A stretch of 63,887 bases of DNA, the filler included, from Neolecta irregularis DAH-3 (lineage: Eukaryota): NCBI GenBank assembly GCA_001929475.1. It is 7 parts of 7 records of this genome, joined end to end, with 100 filler letters (N's around TTAATTAATTAA, not from the genome) between each part and the next. Parts side by side here need not be neighbours in the genome. Positions count along the whole stretch, not along the records: positions 13,802 to 23,256 come from LXFE01000702.1; positions 23,357 to 39,717 come from LXFE01000704.1; 5 more parts are not named here. One strand, 5' to 3'. Position 1 is the stretch's first letter; the number at the start of each line of letters is the position of its first letter. Under the pieces are notes generated by a model, which was given only the letters and a program-made list of their open reading frames with translations, was not told the DNA's origin and ran no database searches. The position numbers and the translations under genes are program-made. This document shows positions 14,242-28,625 of this stretch, piece after piece.

Positions 14242-15845
14242 ATGCTCCACGACCGATTGCTTACACTAGCAGGCTTTTCTGCAGAAAATACCAGCGTGGG
14301 CCAATTCCATCATCTTGCCGAGATTCACCGTCAGCTTCGTTTGATTTTTTCAAAGGTTAGTGATTCTCATCAGAGCGTAATCGTCCAAAGAGTTGCGTCG
14401 GAGATCCTACAATTTCTTGCAACCTTTGTCGAGGAAATACTCTCCATTGAGAGATCGATTCTTAATCAGGAGCTCTCAATTGTAGGAGCAAATGGAATTG
14501 TTGCGCTGGCGAGGCTGTCGGCGCTTCTATCACCATGGTGTCCTATACTCGAATATTTCCATCGCCTTGCCTCTCCCTTGACAAACGGTGTTGATCTTTT
14601 GAACAGATTACGTCACGATAAAGATACAGGAAACCGTGATCTAGGAGAAATTATCGCTACGCTGCTGGTGAGAGCTGAAGAAACTTGGTTAAGCTTGATG
14701 GCAGAGATTGTTCTCGAGGGCAACTCGGAAAATCCAGATTGGTTTGTTAAAGAGGAAATGATCGTTGATGCTCTTGTACCAGATTGTATTTCGAAAGAGA
14801 CCGCGTCGACAATACTACTTATTGGATGCACTGTTACTCGTTTACAACATCTATCGTCCAATTTAGAATCGAAGCATCTTCAAATCATATCTGAAATTCA
14901 ATGTCCAATCGCAGCCCATGATATTAAGCGAGCAATCGACCGAATACAGAACAGTATCCATCAAAATATGCTTCAAAATATTTTTTCCAAAGAGAATGTC
15001 ATTCATCTATTGGAAGATATTAAACGAACAATGTTACTCGCCGATGCTCAGTTCGCAACCGGGCTTGTTGAACAAGCTTTAGTGGAACGAGAAAGCTGTG
15101 ATACAATAGAACAACGGCATATCGATTCCGTAATGACGCACTTTCCAGACGATTCAGGTTTACGAGTCAGGCTTTTGTTGTCAAATAAGAAGCTGTCTCT
15201 GTTCCAAGATTTGTTGCTTGGTGTCGATGTTCACATAGAGTGCCAGCTTCTATGGCCGGTAGATCTAATCTTGACACAAACCGAAATAGATGAATATAAC
15301 ATCCTTTGGTTCTTCATTACGGCAGTGCGTATTGCGCGATCTCGGATCCATGGTATATGGCTAGAACGGAGCAGATTATCGCGAGAAGTATGTGGTAGCA
15401 TTGCTTTTGTGAATTTCTTTCTTGATTGTTTATGGGGCTATATACAGGTGCCATATGGGAACTTTGACTGCTAATGATCAAGATAGATGTCATTGAATGT
15501 TCCTACACAGATTTCTTTGCAAAGATTGGTTCGACAGATAGCTATGAGCCATCAATGGTTAAAAGGGAACATTCTACTTTATTGAACAGCCTTCTTGGCA
15601 ATCTCTTTCAGAGGTCTAACAATGACAGCCAATTGCTACGAACCATTTTGGCAGATATCGAATTCTTCGCGAGAGATAATGGATCCAATGGCGCTGCAGT
15701 TAAGCAAAGCATAGAACTCTTGGTGCACAATGCTGCGAAATTCAGTGATGACTTGGTCAAAATAGATATGTTATTAATGCGTCTGGACGGCGGATTTTGG
15801 TTTACAAAAAGAAAAACACAGAATCCTTTTGCAAAGAATGAATAG
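14242..15845 (+). CDS. Gamma-tubulin complex component, GCP4/Gfh1-like (Spc97/Spc98 family)
   Basis: N-terminal MLHDRLLTLAG, VPDCISKETASTILLIG, LLWPVDLILT...EYNILW.F, FFLDCLWGYIQ-IDVIE, LLMRLDGGFWF. Confidence 0.75.
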
Positions 15846-16086
15846 ATGTTACACTGGTTGGAAGGATGGGTGGCAAAATATTTATGGGGGAACGAATTGA
15901 AAATTTCGGCGTGATAAAAGTGCGCAGAGGCAGTCGAGCGATAGTTAGCCTAGATTGAGTGTTTTATAAAAACTGCGATGATTAGCCCCGCATTTCCATC
16001 TTTTCGGTTTCCTTGAGGATAAATAGTAAGAAAACCGGGAAAAGTTTCACAAGTTGCCTAAACTCCGACTGCAGACCTCAACCAGA

Positions 16087-18012
16087 ATGTCCTTTGGCTC
16101 ACAAACCCCAACAATTATCCTTCTAAAGGAAGGGACAGATACTTCGCAAGGTCGTGGTCAGCTAATTTCAAATATCAATGCCTGTATTGCAGTTCAAGAT
16201 ACGATTCGCACCACCGTAAGTATATTTACAAGGCATTATCTTAATTAAAAGCTTGGCCCATTGGGCGCTGATAAGTTGATGGTTGATTCAAAAGGTCAGT
16301 GATCTTCACCCAGAAATCGATTGATTTTTCAAGGCGAGGTTACAATTTCAAATGATGGTGCTACTATAATGAAATTGCTCGATATTGTTCATCCAGCCGC
16401 AAAATCTCTTGTAGACATTGCTCGAGCGCAAGATGCTGAAGTCGGAGACGGAACAACGAGCGTTGTCGTCCTTGCTGGCGAACTACTAAGTGAAGTAAAA
16501 GGATTTATCGAGGAAGGTGTTAGTCCGAATATAATAATCAAAGGATATCGGAAGGCATGCCAATTGGCAGTCAATTACATCAAGGAGATTTCCGTAAGAA
16601 TCGAGCGATCGAAAGAAAAGTATGTGAATTTATCCTCATTACTGACGGTAGGGAATTTAGGGAAATGCTCAATAAATGTGCAGCTACGGCAATGTCATCA
16701 AAATTGATTCAGTCAAATGAAGGATTTTTCACCAAGATGGTCGTGGAAGCGGTGCTTGCTCTTGACCAGGAAGACTTGAACGAACGGCTTATCGGCATCA
16801 AAAAAGTTCCCGGTGGTGGAATGCAGGTTTTTGTTTCCCATGTGTACGTCACTTAAAAAGTAGGAGTCCCTCTTGATTAAAGGCGTAGCCTTCAAGAAAA
16901 CCTTTTCCTATGCTGGGTTTGAACAACAACCAAAGTCATTCAAAAACCCAAAGATCGCATGTTTAAATGTTGAACTCGAACTCAAGGCGGAGAAAGATAA
17001 CGCCGAGGTCCGAGTGGATCAGGTTTCTGTATGCAGTTACTGAAAACGTATCTTAATAAGTAGGAATATCAAGCTATCGTTGATGCAGAATGGCGAATTA
17101 TTTTCGAAAAGCTTGAATTACTGGTGGCTTCTGGAGCAACAGTTGTCCTTTCAAAGCTACCCATAGGGGATCTAGCAACACAGTACTTTGCTGATCGGGA
17201 CATTTTCTGCGCTGGTCGAGTTTCATCAGATGACATCAATCGTGTTATACTCGCCGTCGGCGGTAGCCTGATGTCATCGTGTTCTGATATCCATGACAAT
17301 CACCTGGGAAGCTGTGAATCTTTCGAAGAGAAGCAGATTGGAGGAGAAAGATACAACTTATTCCAAGGTTGTCCCCGAGCAAAGACCTGCACCCTTATTC
17401 TTCGTGGCGGAGCAGATCAGTTCATTGCCGAAGTTGAACGATCTTTACACGATGCTATCATGATTGTTAAGCGTACTATCAAGGAGCAAACCATTGTTGC
17501 TGGAGGGGGCGCCTGCGAGGTGTGCCAATCATATTTCTACCGCTAACACAACTAGATGGAGGTGTCAAAATACTTGCGGGAGTATTCTCGAACGGTGGCC
17601 GGGAAGCAGCAAATGATCATTGCTGCCTTTGCAAAGGCCCTCGAGGTTATTCCACGACAAATCAGTGACAATGCAGGGCTCGATGCGACTGATATTCTCA
17701 ATAAACTACGTATGCAACATGCCAAAGGTTCCCGTTGGTCAGGAGTAAGTGTCAAGACAGCGGATGGTACTGCAGACAACATGGATGAGTTTGTGTGGGA
17801 ACCAGCTCTTGTCAAAGTCAATGCGGTGTATTCTGCAGCAGAAGCAGCGTGTTTAATCTTATCTGTGGACGAAACAATCACCAACGAAGCATCACAACAA
17901 CCACAGGTTTGCTTTCCGATATTCCAACTCTCTTTAACCATCTCAGGCTGGTGGTCCCCAAATGCCTCGAGGAGCAGCTCAAAGAGCACTTCGGGCGCGA
18001 GGGAGAAGATAA
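16087..18012 (+). CDS. CCT7: Chaperonin CCT/TCP-1 eta subunit
   Basis: [82 protein letters not shown]; about 7 introns. Confidence 0.97.
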
Positions 18013-19439
18013 AGCGGGGAGTCACATGATTATGAACCACTTTAAGGTCAGACATAGATACATAGTATGCAATACTACCCAAGTGCCTTTTGTATGAAAC
18101 AACAAACCTTTTGGAGGGATAATTCCGACGTTGCACATGAGACTCTTCGCTTTGCATTGTGTGTTATTGAGCAGGGCATAACCTTTCTCGAAAGATTCGT
18201 AGAGTTTGAGCGAAAACGACCATCACGTCACTCCCTATATCATCGTCGATCAAATTATCTCAGAAATAGTACCTTGGGGAAGCATCTTCGGTATAGTGCC
18301 GAGACACCTGTGCTAACTCTGGTCAGCCATCTTCACTTACGCTTTCAGATCGTTTTGAATTTTGCTGCTGGAGCTTTGTGCCAACCAGCAGATTACGAGG
18401 ATAGATCCTCGCATGTGCAAAAGGTTTTGTTTGAGAGAATGTGTTTAAGAGTGGTAGGACTCTCTTGATGTTGCTTCTACTCCTGTGAATGCTCTAGAGG
18501 CATTTCGAGAGACGAGAAACCTTATCCGGTCTTTAAACCCCGCGACATTTGACCAGATACTTGCACTCAAAAGAGGAGAGTCTATTATCAAATCGACTCT
18601 AGATCGCGAGATATATGCTGCAGGTATTCGTTATGTTGGAGTCTCATTTTGACTAGGAGCTTTCCACGCCATCCACCACTATGCAATAATCAAGATGTGA
18701 GTCAGTATGTTGCAACTCACGTCTAATTCGATAGGATTCTCGGGGATTTCTCAAGTTCAATTCCTGATGGAGCGCATCTTCTAGCAACGATCCCGCCGCG
18801 GTTCGGTAACAAGCCAAATGTGAGTCGTTCTCGTCTTTAAGCCTGCTTGGAAATTTCCCGAGTTGCAAGTACAGAGAGCCGGAGACAGGTGTGCATTTTG
18901 TTGCTTCATTTCCGGGGTGGGCATCGAGGATCAAGTGCAGTAAAATGCATAGCCAACTCATATTGCGAATTAATCACCTGCCTCTTTAATCAACTGCCAG
19001 GGCTTATCACGCGCTGTGTATTATCTTCGTAGGCTTGTTATGATTAAATAGTCCTGATCCACAAGCCCGGTTGTATCTGACATATCGTTCACTTCACAAC
19101 TTGTCGGATTGCAGAAATTCAATGCTGCAAAGACGAACTGTAGTGGTATGATCTTCAATGTGTCTTTGTCGAAGACTTGAAAATACCAATGGATAAAGTA
19201 GAACCAATGTGCATAGCAGAGTCACATGTTTCATACCCGGTGCTTTATCCGAACTTGTTCCGAGAATACTTTCAAAGAAAAGTGCAATTCTACATATCTA
19301 GGCGCATTGAAAGCCTCGTGATTCAAGGCGTGTACATATAACTCTTGCCCCTTTTTCGGGTTTACATCATACAAACCTGCTTTATAGCTGCGACCATAAT
19401 CCAACTCCACATTTTTTCTCATTTTCTCTTCTTTGCTCC

Positions 19440-21929
19440 ATGTTTCTATTTCGAGGCCATGGGCGGGGAAGAAGTCTGGTGATCTTATTTCTTACGGTTA
19501 TCGTGCTATGGCGAATGCTTTATTTCGACTCTACTGAAGGAGCTAAAGGCAGTTTTTCAGAATCAGTGTCGCAGGATCAAACACAAGATGAGGGCGATTC
19601 CAAGCCTACTACCAAGCGCTCAGAGGACATTTCTTTTTCGCAAGATCAGATTCACTTCCGAGAAATGTTTTATCCGGTGGACAAGAAATCGCTGATACAT
19701 TTACCTACCGGGAAAGCCAAGAGATTCCCTAAAATCCAGGCCGTGTATTCGAGAGAAACAGCGGAACAAAAGAGAATCAGAGTTGAGCGTCAAAATGTTG
19801 TGAAGGATGCTTTTCTGCATGCGTGGTCGGGCTATAAGAAATACGCATGGGGACATGATGAAGTTCGTCCTCTTAGCAATACTCCAAATGACCCGTTCTG
19901 TGGGTGGGCTGCAACTCTAGTTGATTCTTGCAAGTCTTCCAGGAAACGTATGCTAACAGGGGCTAGTGGACACGCTTTGGTTGAGTTGTAGAGCCTGCTT
20001 GTCTGTGCTAATATTTTTCTAGTGGACTTGAAAGATGAATTTACACAAGCACGTCAGGCGGTTTCCAAGATCGATTTCAGTCAGGTGTTGCCGCCGGCAG
20101 GTGTTGTACCGCTATTTGAAACCAACATCCGATACCTGGGAGGACTTCTCAGTGCCTATGATTTATCGGGGGAAAAGATTTTTCTTGCAAAGGCCATCGA
20201 GTTGACTGATAATATCCTCATGTGGGCATTTGATACACCCAATCGTAAGTGATTTCCGTATCCTCGACTTGAATCTAGGCATGCCTATGCTTTATTTCCG
20301 AGCCGACGAGTATGTTTTGTGGTGATGTAAATTGACATGGAGACCGAGTTATGTTATTGACCATCGTGCTCAAAAAAGCTCTGTTTTATCCGAGATGGGC
20401 ACTTTTGAGCTTGAATTTAGTCGGCTGTCACAGATTACGGGCAACATGACTTATTTTGATGCGGTATCTGGTTAACCACGGGTTTTACTTAGAACAGATC
20501 CAACGAATTACCAACGCGATTGAAGAAACTGCAAAGGATTTGACTGTACCGTTTATATGGCCCTCGATAGTCAACGCTTACGGTTGTTTGGATGACAGGA
20601 ATTGCAAGCCTCCAGCGATTAGTCTTCCCGATAGTATGATGCTTGAAGAGATGGTTTGACGATTAGCCGATGAAGATCAACTTCTTACGCTGGGGGCACT
20701 CGCGGATTCTTTTTACGAGTACCTTTTGAAAGAATATATTCTTTTAGAGGGCAGGAGTGACCAGTACCGCCTGTTATACGAAGGGGCAGTAACATCTGCT
20801 AATAAAACTCTTTTATTCCGGCCGCTGGCGCCTGGTAATCCAGACGTTTTGTTGTCTGGTAAGCTTTCGATTCAAGCCGAGGGGAAGCAGATATTCAGTG
20901 GGAGTGTTGAACATTTGGTATCTGATTCGTTTATCTAGTTGACACGCAGTCGTGTTTTCTAGGGGGCATGTATGGTTTAGGAGCCAAAGTGCTGGATCGT
21001 CCTCAAGATCTGGACATTGCTATCAAGCTCACGCAAGGGTGTGTTTGGGCGTATGGGACCACTCGTACGGGGATTATGCCCGAGGATCTGACTCTTGCTC
21101 GGTGTTCTTCGCGTTTGCAGTGTGAATGGCCCGGGTATTTACCTTTTCAACGCGAGGTGGATGATCGTGTCTATCGAGGAGAAACATTGCCTAATCGGTT
21201 TGATACAGTGCATGATTCTGGGGTGGTGATACAAGGTCACCGAATAGAAGAAAATGAAGACCGGCAACGACGGGTTTTTCGTGACAAGATGCGAGGGCGA
21301 ATGGAAGTTGATCGTCAGGAAGAAGATCAAGAGATACGACGTAATTCACTTAAAAAGCGGGATGCGCGAGTGATTCCAGGGCCGCTTGATACGCTTGAAA
21401 CTGTAGGTATTTGCATTCTGCGTCTAATGATGTGTAGAAACTTGAGGAAAAAGAGCCTGAACCAGACCAAGATCGGTCTCACCGATTTCCGTACGAGCCG
21501 AATGAAATTCCCGATTATTATGTAAAGATGGATGCGAGTCGTTACATTCTGCGTCCTGAAGCGCTTGAAAGTGTTTTTATAATGTGGCGGATTACTGGCG
21601 ATCGGACCTGGCAAGACAAGGGATGGCAAATGATTAAATCAATTTTAAAATACACGACAACGCCCACTGCACACGCTGCGATTGAAAATGTGATGGATCC
21701 TAATACACGGCAAGTTGACAGTATGGAGAGGTATGAGTGTCTTTTACAGGACTGACGCTAGTTTTTGGCTTGCGGAGACGCTAAAGTATGCGTATTTACT
21801 GTTTAGCGATACCGAGCTGGTATCGCTTGACGAGTATGTGTTGAACACGGAGGTAATTTAATTTGTGGAACAAACTGATAGCAGGCCCATCCATTGAAAA
21901 GGAGCAGAAATAAAAAGCATTGGAAATGA
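19440..21929 (+). CDS. Glycosyl hydrolase family 47 alpha-1,2-mannosidase (type II membrane protein)
   Basis: N-terminal TM helix; [89 protein letters not shown]. Confidence 0.93.
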
Positions 21930-21946
21930 AATTGATATTGGATGTG

Positions 21947-22523
<577 letters not shown>

Positions 22524-22674
22524 TCACGACGTCGGCAACAAAGATGCGTCTTCCGTGTGAGCTGGGGAGCAAGAGGAGAAAAAAGGCAGTTATAGATAAA
22601 AAGGCCGTTAATTAACACTATATAATGAATCCCATAATAGTACACAAGCCACAATAACAATAGGGTAAACGAGG

Positions 22675-23256
22675 TTACAGGAAGCAGGCTTCAGTCATAC
22701 GGCGCTGCCTGTGGCGGGTGAGAGCGTCCATGCGGGAGAAGCCCTTGTTGCAGGCACATTTGTAGGGTTTTTCGCCTGCGTGGATGCGGGAATGGCGTCT
22801 GAGATCGTGCTGGCGGACGAAGCCTGCGCGGCAGACTGGGCAGCAGTAGGGTCTGTCTGAGAGATGAGTTTGTATGTGTGACTGGATGTTGTATTTGCGG
22901 CCGAAGCGTTTGCCGCAGTTGTGGTAGAGACAGAGGAATTTTGAGTCTGCGGGGTCTGGGCCGTCGATGTAGGAGGCCATTGTTTCTGCGGGGATGAGAG
23001 TTTTCCTTGCGCCTAGTCTGCGTGGGGTGTAGGGGGCGCGGTGGGGGAGACGGGCGTGGGCGAGTGTGGGGGAGTCGTCGTAGTCTGAGGAAGAGTCGAG
23101 TGGCGAGTGTGGCGAGCGAGGGGGCGGGTCTGAGGGGGAGGGGTAGGGGAAGATGGAGTAGTCGATGGGCGGAGCAAAGAGACGGGGATCGATGGCGGAG
23201 CAGTAGACGGGGTCGAAGGGGGAGAGCGAGGGAAGGAAGGGGGAGGAGAGCGAGGG
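22675..23256 (-). CDS. Ace2/Swi5-like C2H2 zinc-finger transcription factor, C-terminal part (5' end in gap)
   Basis: CLYHNCGKRFGRKYNIQSHIQTHLSDRPY, FVRQHDLRRH, KPYKCACNKGFSRMDALTRH match the Ace2/Swi5 finger array. Confidence 0.85.
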   Translation of the reverse strand, partial: PSLSSPFLPSLSPFDPVYCSAIDPRLFAPPIDYSIFPYPSPSDPPPRSPHSPLDSSSDYDDSPTLAHARLPHRAPYTPRRLGARKTLIPAETMASYIDGPDPADSKFLCLYHNCGKRFGRKYNIQSHIQTHLSDRPYCCPVCRAGFVRQHDLRRHSRIHAGEKPYKCACNKGFSRMDALTRHRQRRMTEACFL

Positions 23257-23646
23257 NNNNNNNNNNNNNNNNNNNNNNNNNNNNNNNNNNNNNNNNNNNN
23301 TTAATTAATTAANNNNNNNNNNNNNNNNNNNNNNNNNNNNNNNNNNNNNNNNNNNNTAAATCTTAACCGCCCACACATATTTCCAAGCACATTCGCTCTA
23401 CCGTCATCGTCAAGCAAAACGATCACAACGTGAGCATTTTCTTCTATAAATTTCTCAAATGATGAATAACTTCTTCGCATCTATCAACTAAAGGCTGTTT
23501 CTGAACTTTTGTGATTGTTAAGAATTTTCTGATATTTTCAATTTCAAAATCCCGAGCAAGAGAAGTGCTAACGAATTTCAGATGCCTTAGATTCTATAGC
23601 CCGGGAGAGCTTGTAGGTCGTTATTATCTACTCTGCACAATAATAT

Positions 23647-24456
23647 CTATATTCCCCGAATACCTTGAATATGTTCGGGCCGGGTCATACAACATCCTCC
23701 TAAAAGGACCCTGCCCTCATTGATGTACCTCCAAGAACCAACAATTTTAGCCCATTCTTCTGCCTCCCAGAAATCCAAAAACTTTCCATTTTCCCAGCTT
23801 GCTCCATTTGCGTAGAAGACGTAATACCCTTCCCATTTATCCAGCTGTTTCGATATATGATCAATAAGCTGGGGACTAGTACAGTTCACTCCCACACCCC
23901 ATAGAGTTGATCGATGTTCTTTGACAAGTCTATGGATGTTCCTGATGACTGTAGTTGACTTGTCCATAGATGAACAGGAAAAGGCGATCCAAATTTTCTT
24001 CGTGGTCGGAAGGGTGTCAAGTGATAGAATAGCCTTTGCTTCAAGCCAACAGGGGATCGTCTCAAAGGCGAGATATTCGACTTCTTCCCAGTCTTTCATC
24101 TGTGAGTACATTTCTAGTCTCCTACGATGGAAATCTTGGAGAACCAAAACATCTTTTTGTGCGAATTCCGTATGATACTCGCCAGCTCCATTTGTTGCAG
24201 CATATGAGCACAGACTGACAGAAACCTGCTTCCCGCTCCGATTATTTAGAGCTAATTCAAGTCCTTTTTGCATTGCTCTTTCATTTGGGTATGCTTGATA
24301 CGTATTCGTAGTTATCACATCGCAAATCTTTGAGCATTCCGAATGGAATTTCGCGACTTCGTCAGGATGAGTAAGATTATATGATGAAGACCATATTTCC
24401 TGATATTTCTTTGGAATTTTTGAAAGAGATGAACTGCCAGGGTCAAGAACGAGCAT
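23647..24456 (-). CDS. Homocysteine S-methyltransferase (Mht1/Sam4 family)
   Basis: DVITTNTYQA, LAFETIP..LEAKAIL, GVGVNC, LGGCCMTRPEHI (Zn-ligand cysteines); apparently intronless. Confidence 0.85.
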   Translation of the reverse strand: MLVLDPGSSSLSKIPKKYQEIWSSSYNLTHPDEVAKFHSECSKICDVITTNTYQAYPNERAMQKGLELALNNRSGKQVSVSLCSYAATNGAGEYHTEFAQKDVLVLQDFHRRRLEMYSQMKDWEEVEYLAFETIPCWLEAKAILSLDTLPTTKKIWIAFSCSSMDKSTTVIRNIHRLVKEHRSTLWGVGVNCTSPQLIDHISKQLDKWEGYYVFYANGASWENGKFLDFWEAEEWAKIVGSWRYINEGRVLLGGCCMTRPEHIQGIRGI

Positions 24457-25239
24457 TTTGCGCTTGAAGAATACCAGTGAGACAGTGTGAGATTTTTTGC
24501 GAGCGCAGTAGAACCTGGTTGGTTATACGAAATCTCCGACCCACGAATTCCTCGTTATAATGAACCCAATCGCCTTCCAAGTTCAATTTGTATAAGGTCT
24601 CTTGTGATATCATGATAGAACGAATCCTCCTTATATCAAATTCAACTGAATGCCACATTCCTTGTACCCAGGTTCTACTATAGCTCTATAAATATGCGAA
24701 ACATGCGCCAAGAGGACTCGCCTGTGCCGTTATGTATCTAGTTTCTACTCAAATTGGCTCCCAATAACAGACATCAAAGTTCCAGAGTACTTGACCTATG
24801 ATAAGCAACTGAAAATCTATCTTCTGTCTCAGTCATCACTTTGGTTTCTAGATACAAGAGTGTTTACAAATGAAGTTGGTATTAGTGCTCTTACAGGTTT
24901 GGTTTCTTTTTCTGTATTCACAATCTCCTTGCATATAGTTGCCTGCATCAGTCAAAGAGCTCATCATCAACAAAAGTTTTGATTATATTCCGCATCCTTA
25001 GGCCAGATTCTTTACAAATTTCTTGAAGAACTGTGACGACTCGATGGGGCCAATAAATTAGGCAGTGTGCTCCGCTGTTTGGAAATTCCAGACGTAAAGG
25101 AATGGTCTGCAAATAATAGAGCGTCCAAGGAGATAGTATCACAGCGTTGCTGAGTGTTTTGGTCAATAAGTCGTCTGCATTCGAAAAAGGCATCAGCCAA
25201 TAGAAGGGAGATATAAACATATTGAAGGATGCAATTCAC

Positions 25240-25859
25240 CTATATGATTTCATCACCTCCAGTAGGTCCAGCTTGGGTTGCTTGAATCCAATCTTCTAGA
25301 CCGTTATTCCGACCACTCTCTAGGGGAGGCTTTGCAATAATACACAAAGACTTCCCCCATATTGTGTAACCGTCATACTTTGTGTTGAGAGTGGGCTTGA
25401 TGTTCAAATCTTCTTCATCATCACTCCGACTGGGTGGAAAAGTAAGCGTTTTTGACTGAATTCAGACAATAAATGTGAAGAAAGAGTACCTTAGAAAGGA
25501 TTTCGTGACGGGTTTTAATAGGCAGGAGGAATATTGTTGCTTCAAATTTATCTAGATGATTAATAGAGAATACAACGGTCTAGGGTACCTGTCTTGATGA
25601 CATCCTTGGATGATTGTTTCTTTTTCTTAGTCGCTTCTTCCCGCAGTTTTGGTATGATCAATGGCCGAATTTCTGAAATGATTTCCCACGCTCATTGAGT
25701 AGATGTTTGAGGCTTTGGCAGTACCTTCAAAAGGGGGTCACTGAACCAGGGCACATGCTTGAGGTCGAGGTATATGCGTACTTCAAGGACGGAATACTGT
25801 GAAATGCGTAGATATCTTCTGTTGAGTGTGGCAAACGTTGAAGGACGCGACGTGGACAT
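25240..25859 (-). CDS. Small intron-containing protein of unknown function (not in ORF track)
   Basis: Spliced model MSTSRPSTFATLNRRYLRISQYSVLEVRIYLD...EEDLNIKPTLNTKYDGYTIWGKSLCIIAKPP...EDWIQATQ...*; GT-AG introns visible. Confidence 0.65.
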
Positions 25860-26146
25860 TCTGGTGGTTCCTTTGGGGACAGGAAACTCGATGTAGTTTA
25901 GACTATATAGTATATTCGCTATGTTAGACCGGGGTTAATTAGACTCCAGATGCAAGTTCACGTCCTTGAAGATTCCCGGAGAAGGCAGATGGAGTTTGAG
26001 CGCATAGAAGCCAACCGACAAAACCATTGACGCGGGTGAAGCCCCTGCCAGCCGCCCGCAGACCTCCGCTTGATAGTCTGAATTCCCCACCACCGTAGGC
26101 TGAGCAAATCCCCGAAGATCTTGCTCTTGCTCGGCATATCAGCAAC

Positions 26147-27781
26147 ATGGAAGGCAGAGACGTATGCTGTTTTCACGTTGTTGAAAACTCTAGAATACCG
26201 AGCTGACACAAAGCACCAGGTCCAGCAACACCACTACAACAGTGACGTCGGCCCTCATGCATCACCACCCTCCCCAATTTCTTCAGTCTCGCAACCTATC
26301 GACCGCGAGGATTGTTTCATCAAACACTCCACAAAGACGTATCGACTGCCGTCACCGCCACGCACAACTCACAACACGCCAGACGAATCTGGGAGCAGTG
26401 CCCCTACGATTGCCCCAGTAGCCCAAAAGCTGCCTCGAATTAGGGTCAAGTTTAGCGGAATTAACGATACTGCGCAAGAGGATGGCACATCGGTGGACAG
26501 TCAACAAAGCACAACCTACACCTCTCCTTCACCGCCCATTCAGACACGGAAGCGTAAGGCTCGAAGTGACTACAGTCTCGACGATGGAAGATATGATGAG
26601 AGCTTTGCAGGAACATACAGACGAGGAAGACGGAATAGGAAGGTTGGGTTGAAAAATCTTGGAAATACATGCTTCACGAATGCAATTGTTCAAGTTCTCA
26701 GGTTCCAGCTTGATTACCTGACTATATGCTGACCTTCAAGCCATACAATCCCGTTACGAGACTGGTTTCTCGAACGACAGCTTGACGCGGATTCTGCGAA
26801 TTCACGATCGCCTTCTCCAGTTCGCGGGCCTCGAACGCGTCGTTCTGCTCGTTTAGAACAAGCCTCATACGACGAGAAAATTGAAATGTACTTCATCTTG
26901 TCTTAAAATGTCGACTAATATCCCGAGAAATATCACTGCCGTCTTTTCTTCACTAATTCGGTCTCTTTGGACACCCGAGAAGCTGTCCAAAGTAATCTCG
27001 CCTCACCAGTTCTTTGACCAAATCGCCCGTACAGCCCCTATATTCCAAGGCTATCAACAACAGGATGCCCAGGAATTTCTGCACTGCGTCCTGAATCGCC
27101 TCCATACCGAAATGTCGACAACACAGCATTCAACAATAATCACAAACTTATTCCAAGGAGAACTATGGAACGAAGTACTCCCTTTTTTCCGGAACTAATC
27201 TTAACTCTGAGATTACATGCAAGAAATGTGGTAATGTCTCCGTAAAGTCGGACCCATTCCTCGATTTATCTCTCGATATCCCTGAACATCTCAATCCTGC
27301 AATACATGGCTGTCTAGAAAACTATACGGCTCCTTGTGAAGCAGAATGGTTTTGCCAGCGATGTGGTGTCTCTACCAACTGCGAAAAGACTTTAAAACTC
27401 GGTATTTGCCCGGCCATTCTCTGTCTACACCTTAAACGTTTTCGGTGGAATCCAGGTCGACGAAGAAAACAGAAGTTAGACGGGTTTGTAGAATTTCCAC
27501 TGTCCAGGCTCGACGTTTCGGACTGGATGTGCATTGATTATGATACCGATAACTGTGGGTTGTACGACTGTTATGCCATAGTTGTTCATCATGGTCAAGG
27601 GTTGGTTTGTTCTTATACAATATTCTTATCACTTAGTATTAATTCGGGCCATTACACCGCTTTCGTCCTTGGCGTTGAAAACCAGTGGTATCATGTTAAT
27701 GACGAAAAAGTTATTCCTGTTACTTTGGAACTGGTCGAAAACGTGAAGGCTTACATCATTTTTTATAAACGACGGGAGTAG
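26147..27781 (+). CDS. Ubiquitin-specific protease (peptidase C19)
   Basis: GLKNLGNTCFTNAIVQVL (Cys box), QQDAQEFL, DPFLDLSLDIP, LHLKRF, HHG..SGHYTA, WYHVNDEKV. Confidence 0.92.
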
Positions 27782-28625
27782 AAATCTTTTTGCATTTTAT
27801 GGAGGAAAGCTGGGTATTTACGCATTTTCTCCGTCCACTTTTGGTTGCATTGAATTTTGGGATTTAGCATTCTTCGCATTTGAAAATGATAATAAGTTCA
27901 GTATTGTGAAATATTGACTTGAGGTGTCATAGTACAGTCAGTTTGCTTCTGGCGTTTAGGTGCCAAGGTACAGAACAACCTCTGATTAGCCCAGACTTGT
28001 GGCACGGCAATGATACAACTAATCATATTCAAGAGATCTATTTTTGATTCCTTTCATGGTCTTTGTCTGACTGCTATAAACCATGTGGCTGCGCCGATTC
28101 TGTAGTAGTAGCACTGTAGCTGCATCCTTCTAGAGGTGGCCGATATGATATCCGCCCAAGCCAAGAATCTATGAAGCGTTCAATGTTATGCTAATCGCTA
28201 CAAAACTCTACAACCACAGACTGCGCGCTACAGTCTGAAGCTCTGTTGTCAATGTGGTTTCTTCGCACCCAACGATATTTGTTTCCCTAAAGTAGGAGTT
28301 TTGCAATTTATTTGTCAGCGAACTCCTGATACGGAGGTTCGGGATCCATAAACCCGATTACTCCCATTAGAATTCGTTGGTCGCTCCTTTGGAAGCTTGC
28401 AGTCTCTGGTCAGTCTTTGCCTTAACATATATTGTTTTGAATGATTTCCCAAAGCATTGTAAACATGCAAAAGGTACATTTTCAAAGGTTCAACGCCCAA
28501 ACTAACCATTCGCAGGGTATTTATTTTTAGGCGCTAGAAGATAAATATTGTAAAGCGCCCGCCAGCCCCATAATTAGGGCCTTCCTTTTGTCCTGAACGA
28601 CTATTATCCTATTCACGCCACCGTT

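Noticed and set aside
17552-18157. 201-aa minus-strand ORF
   Set aside because: Antisense shadow of the CCT7 coding exon.
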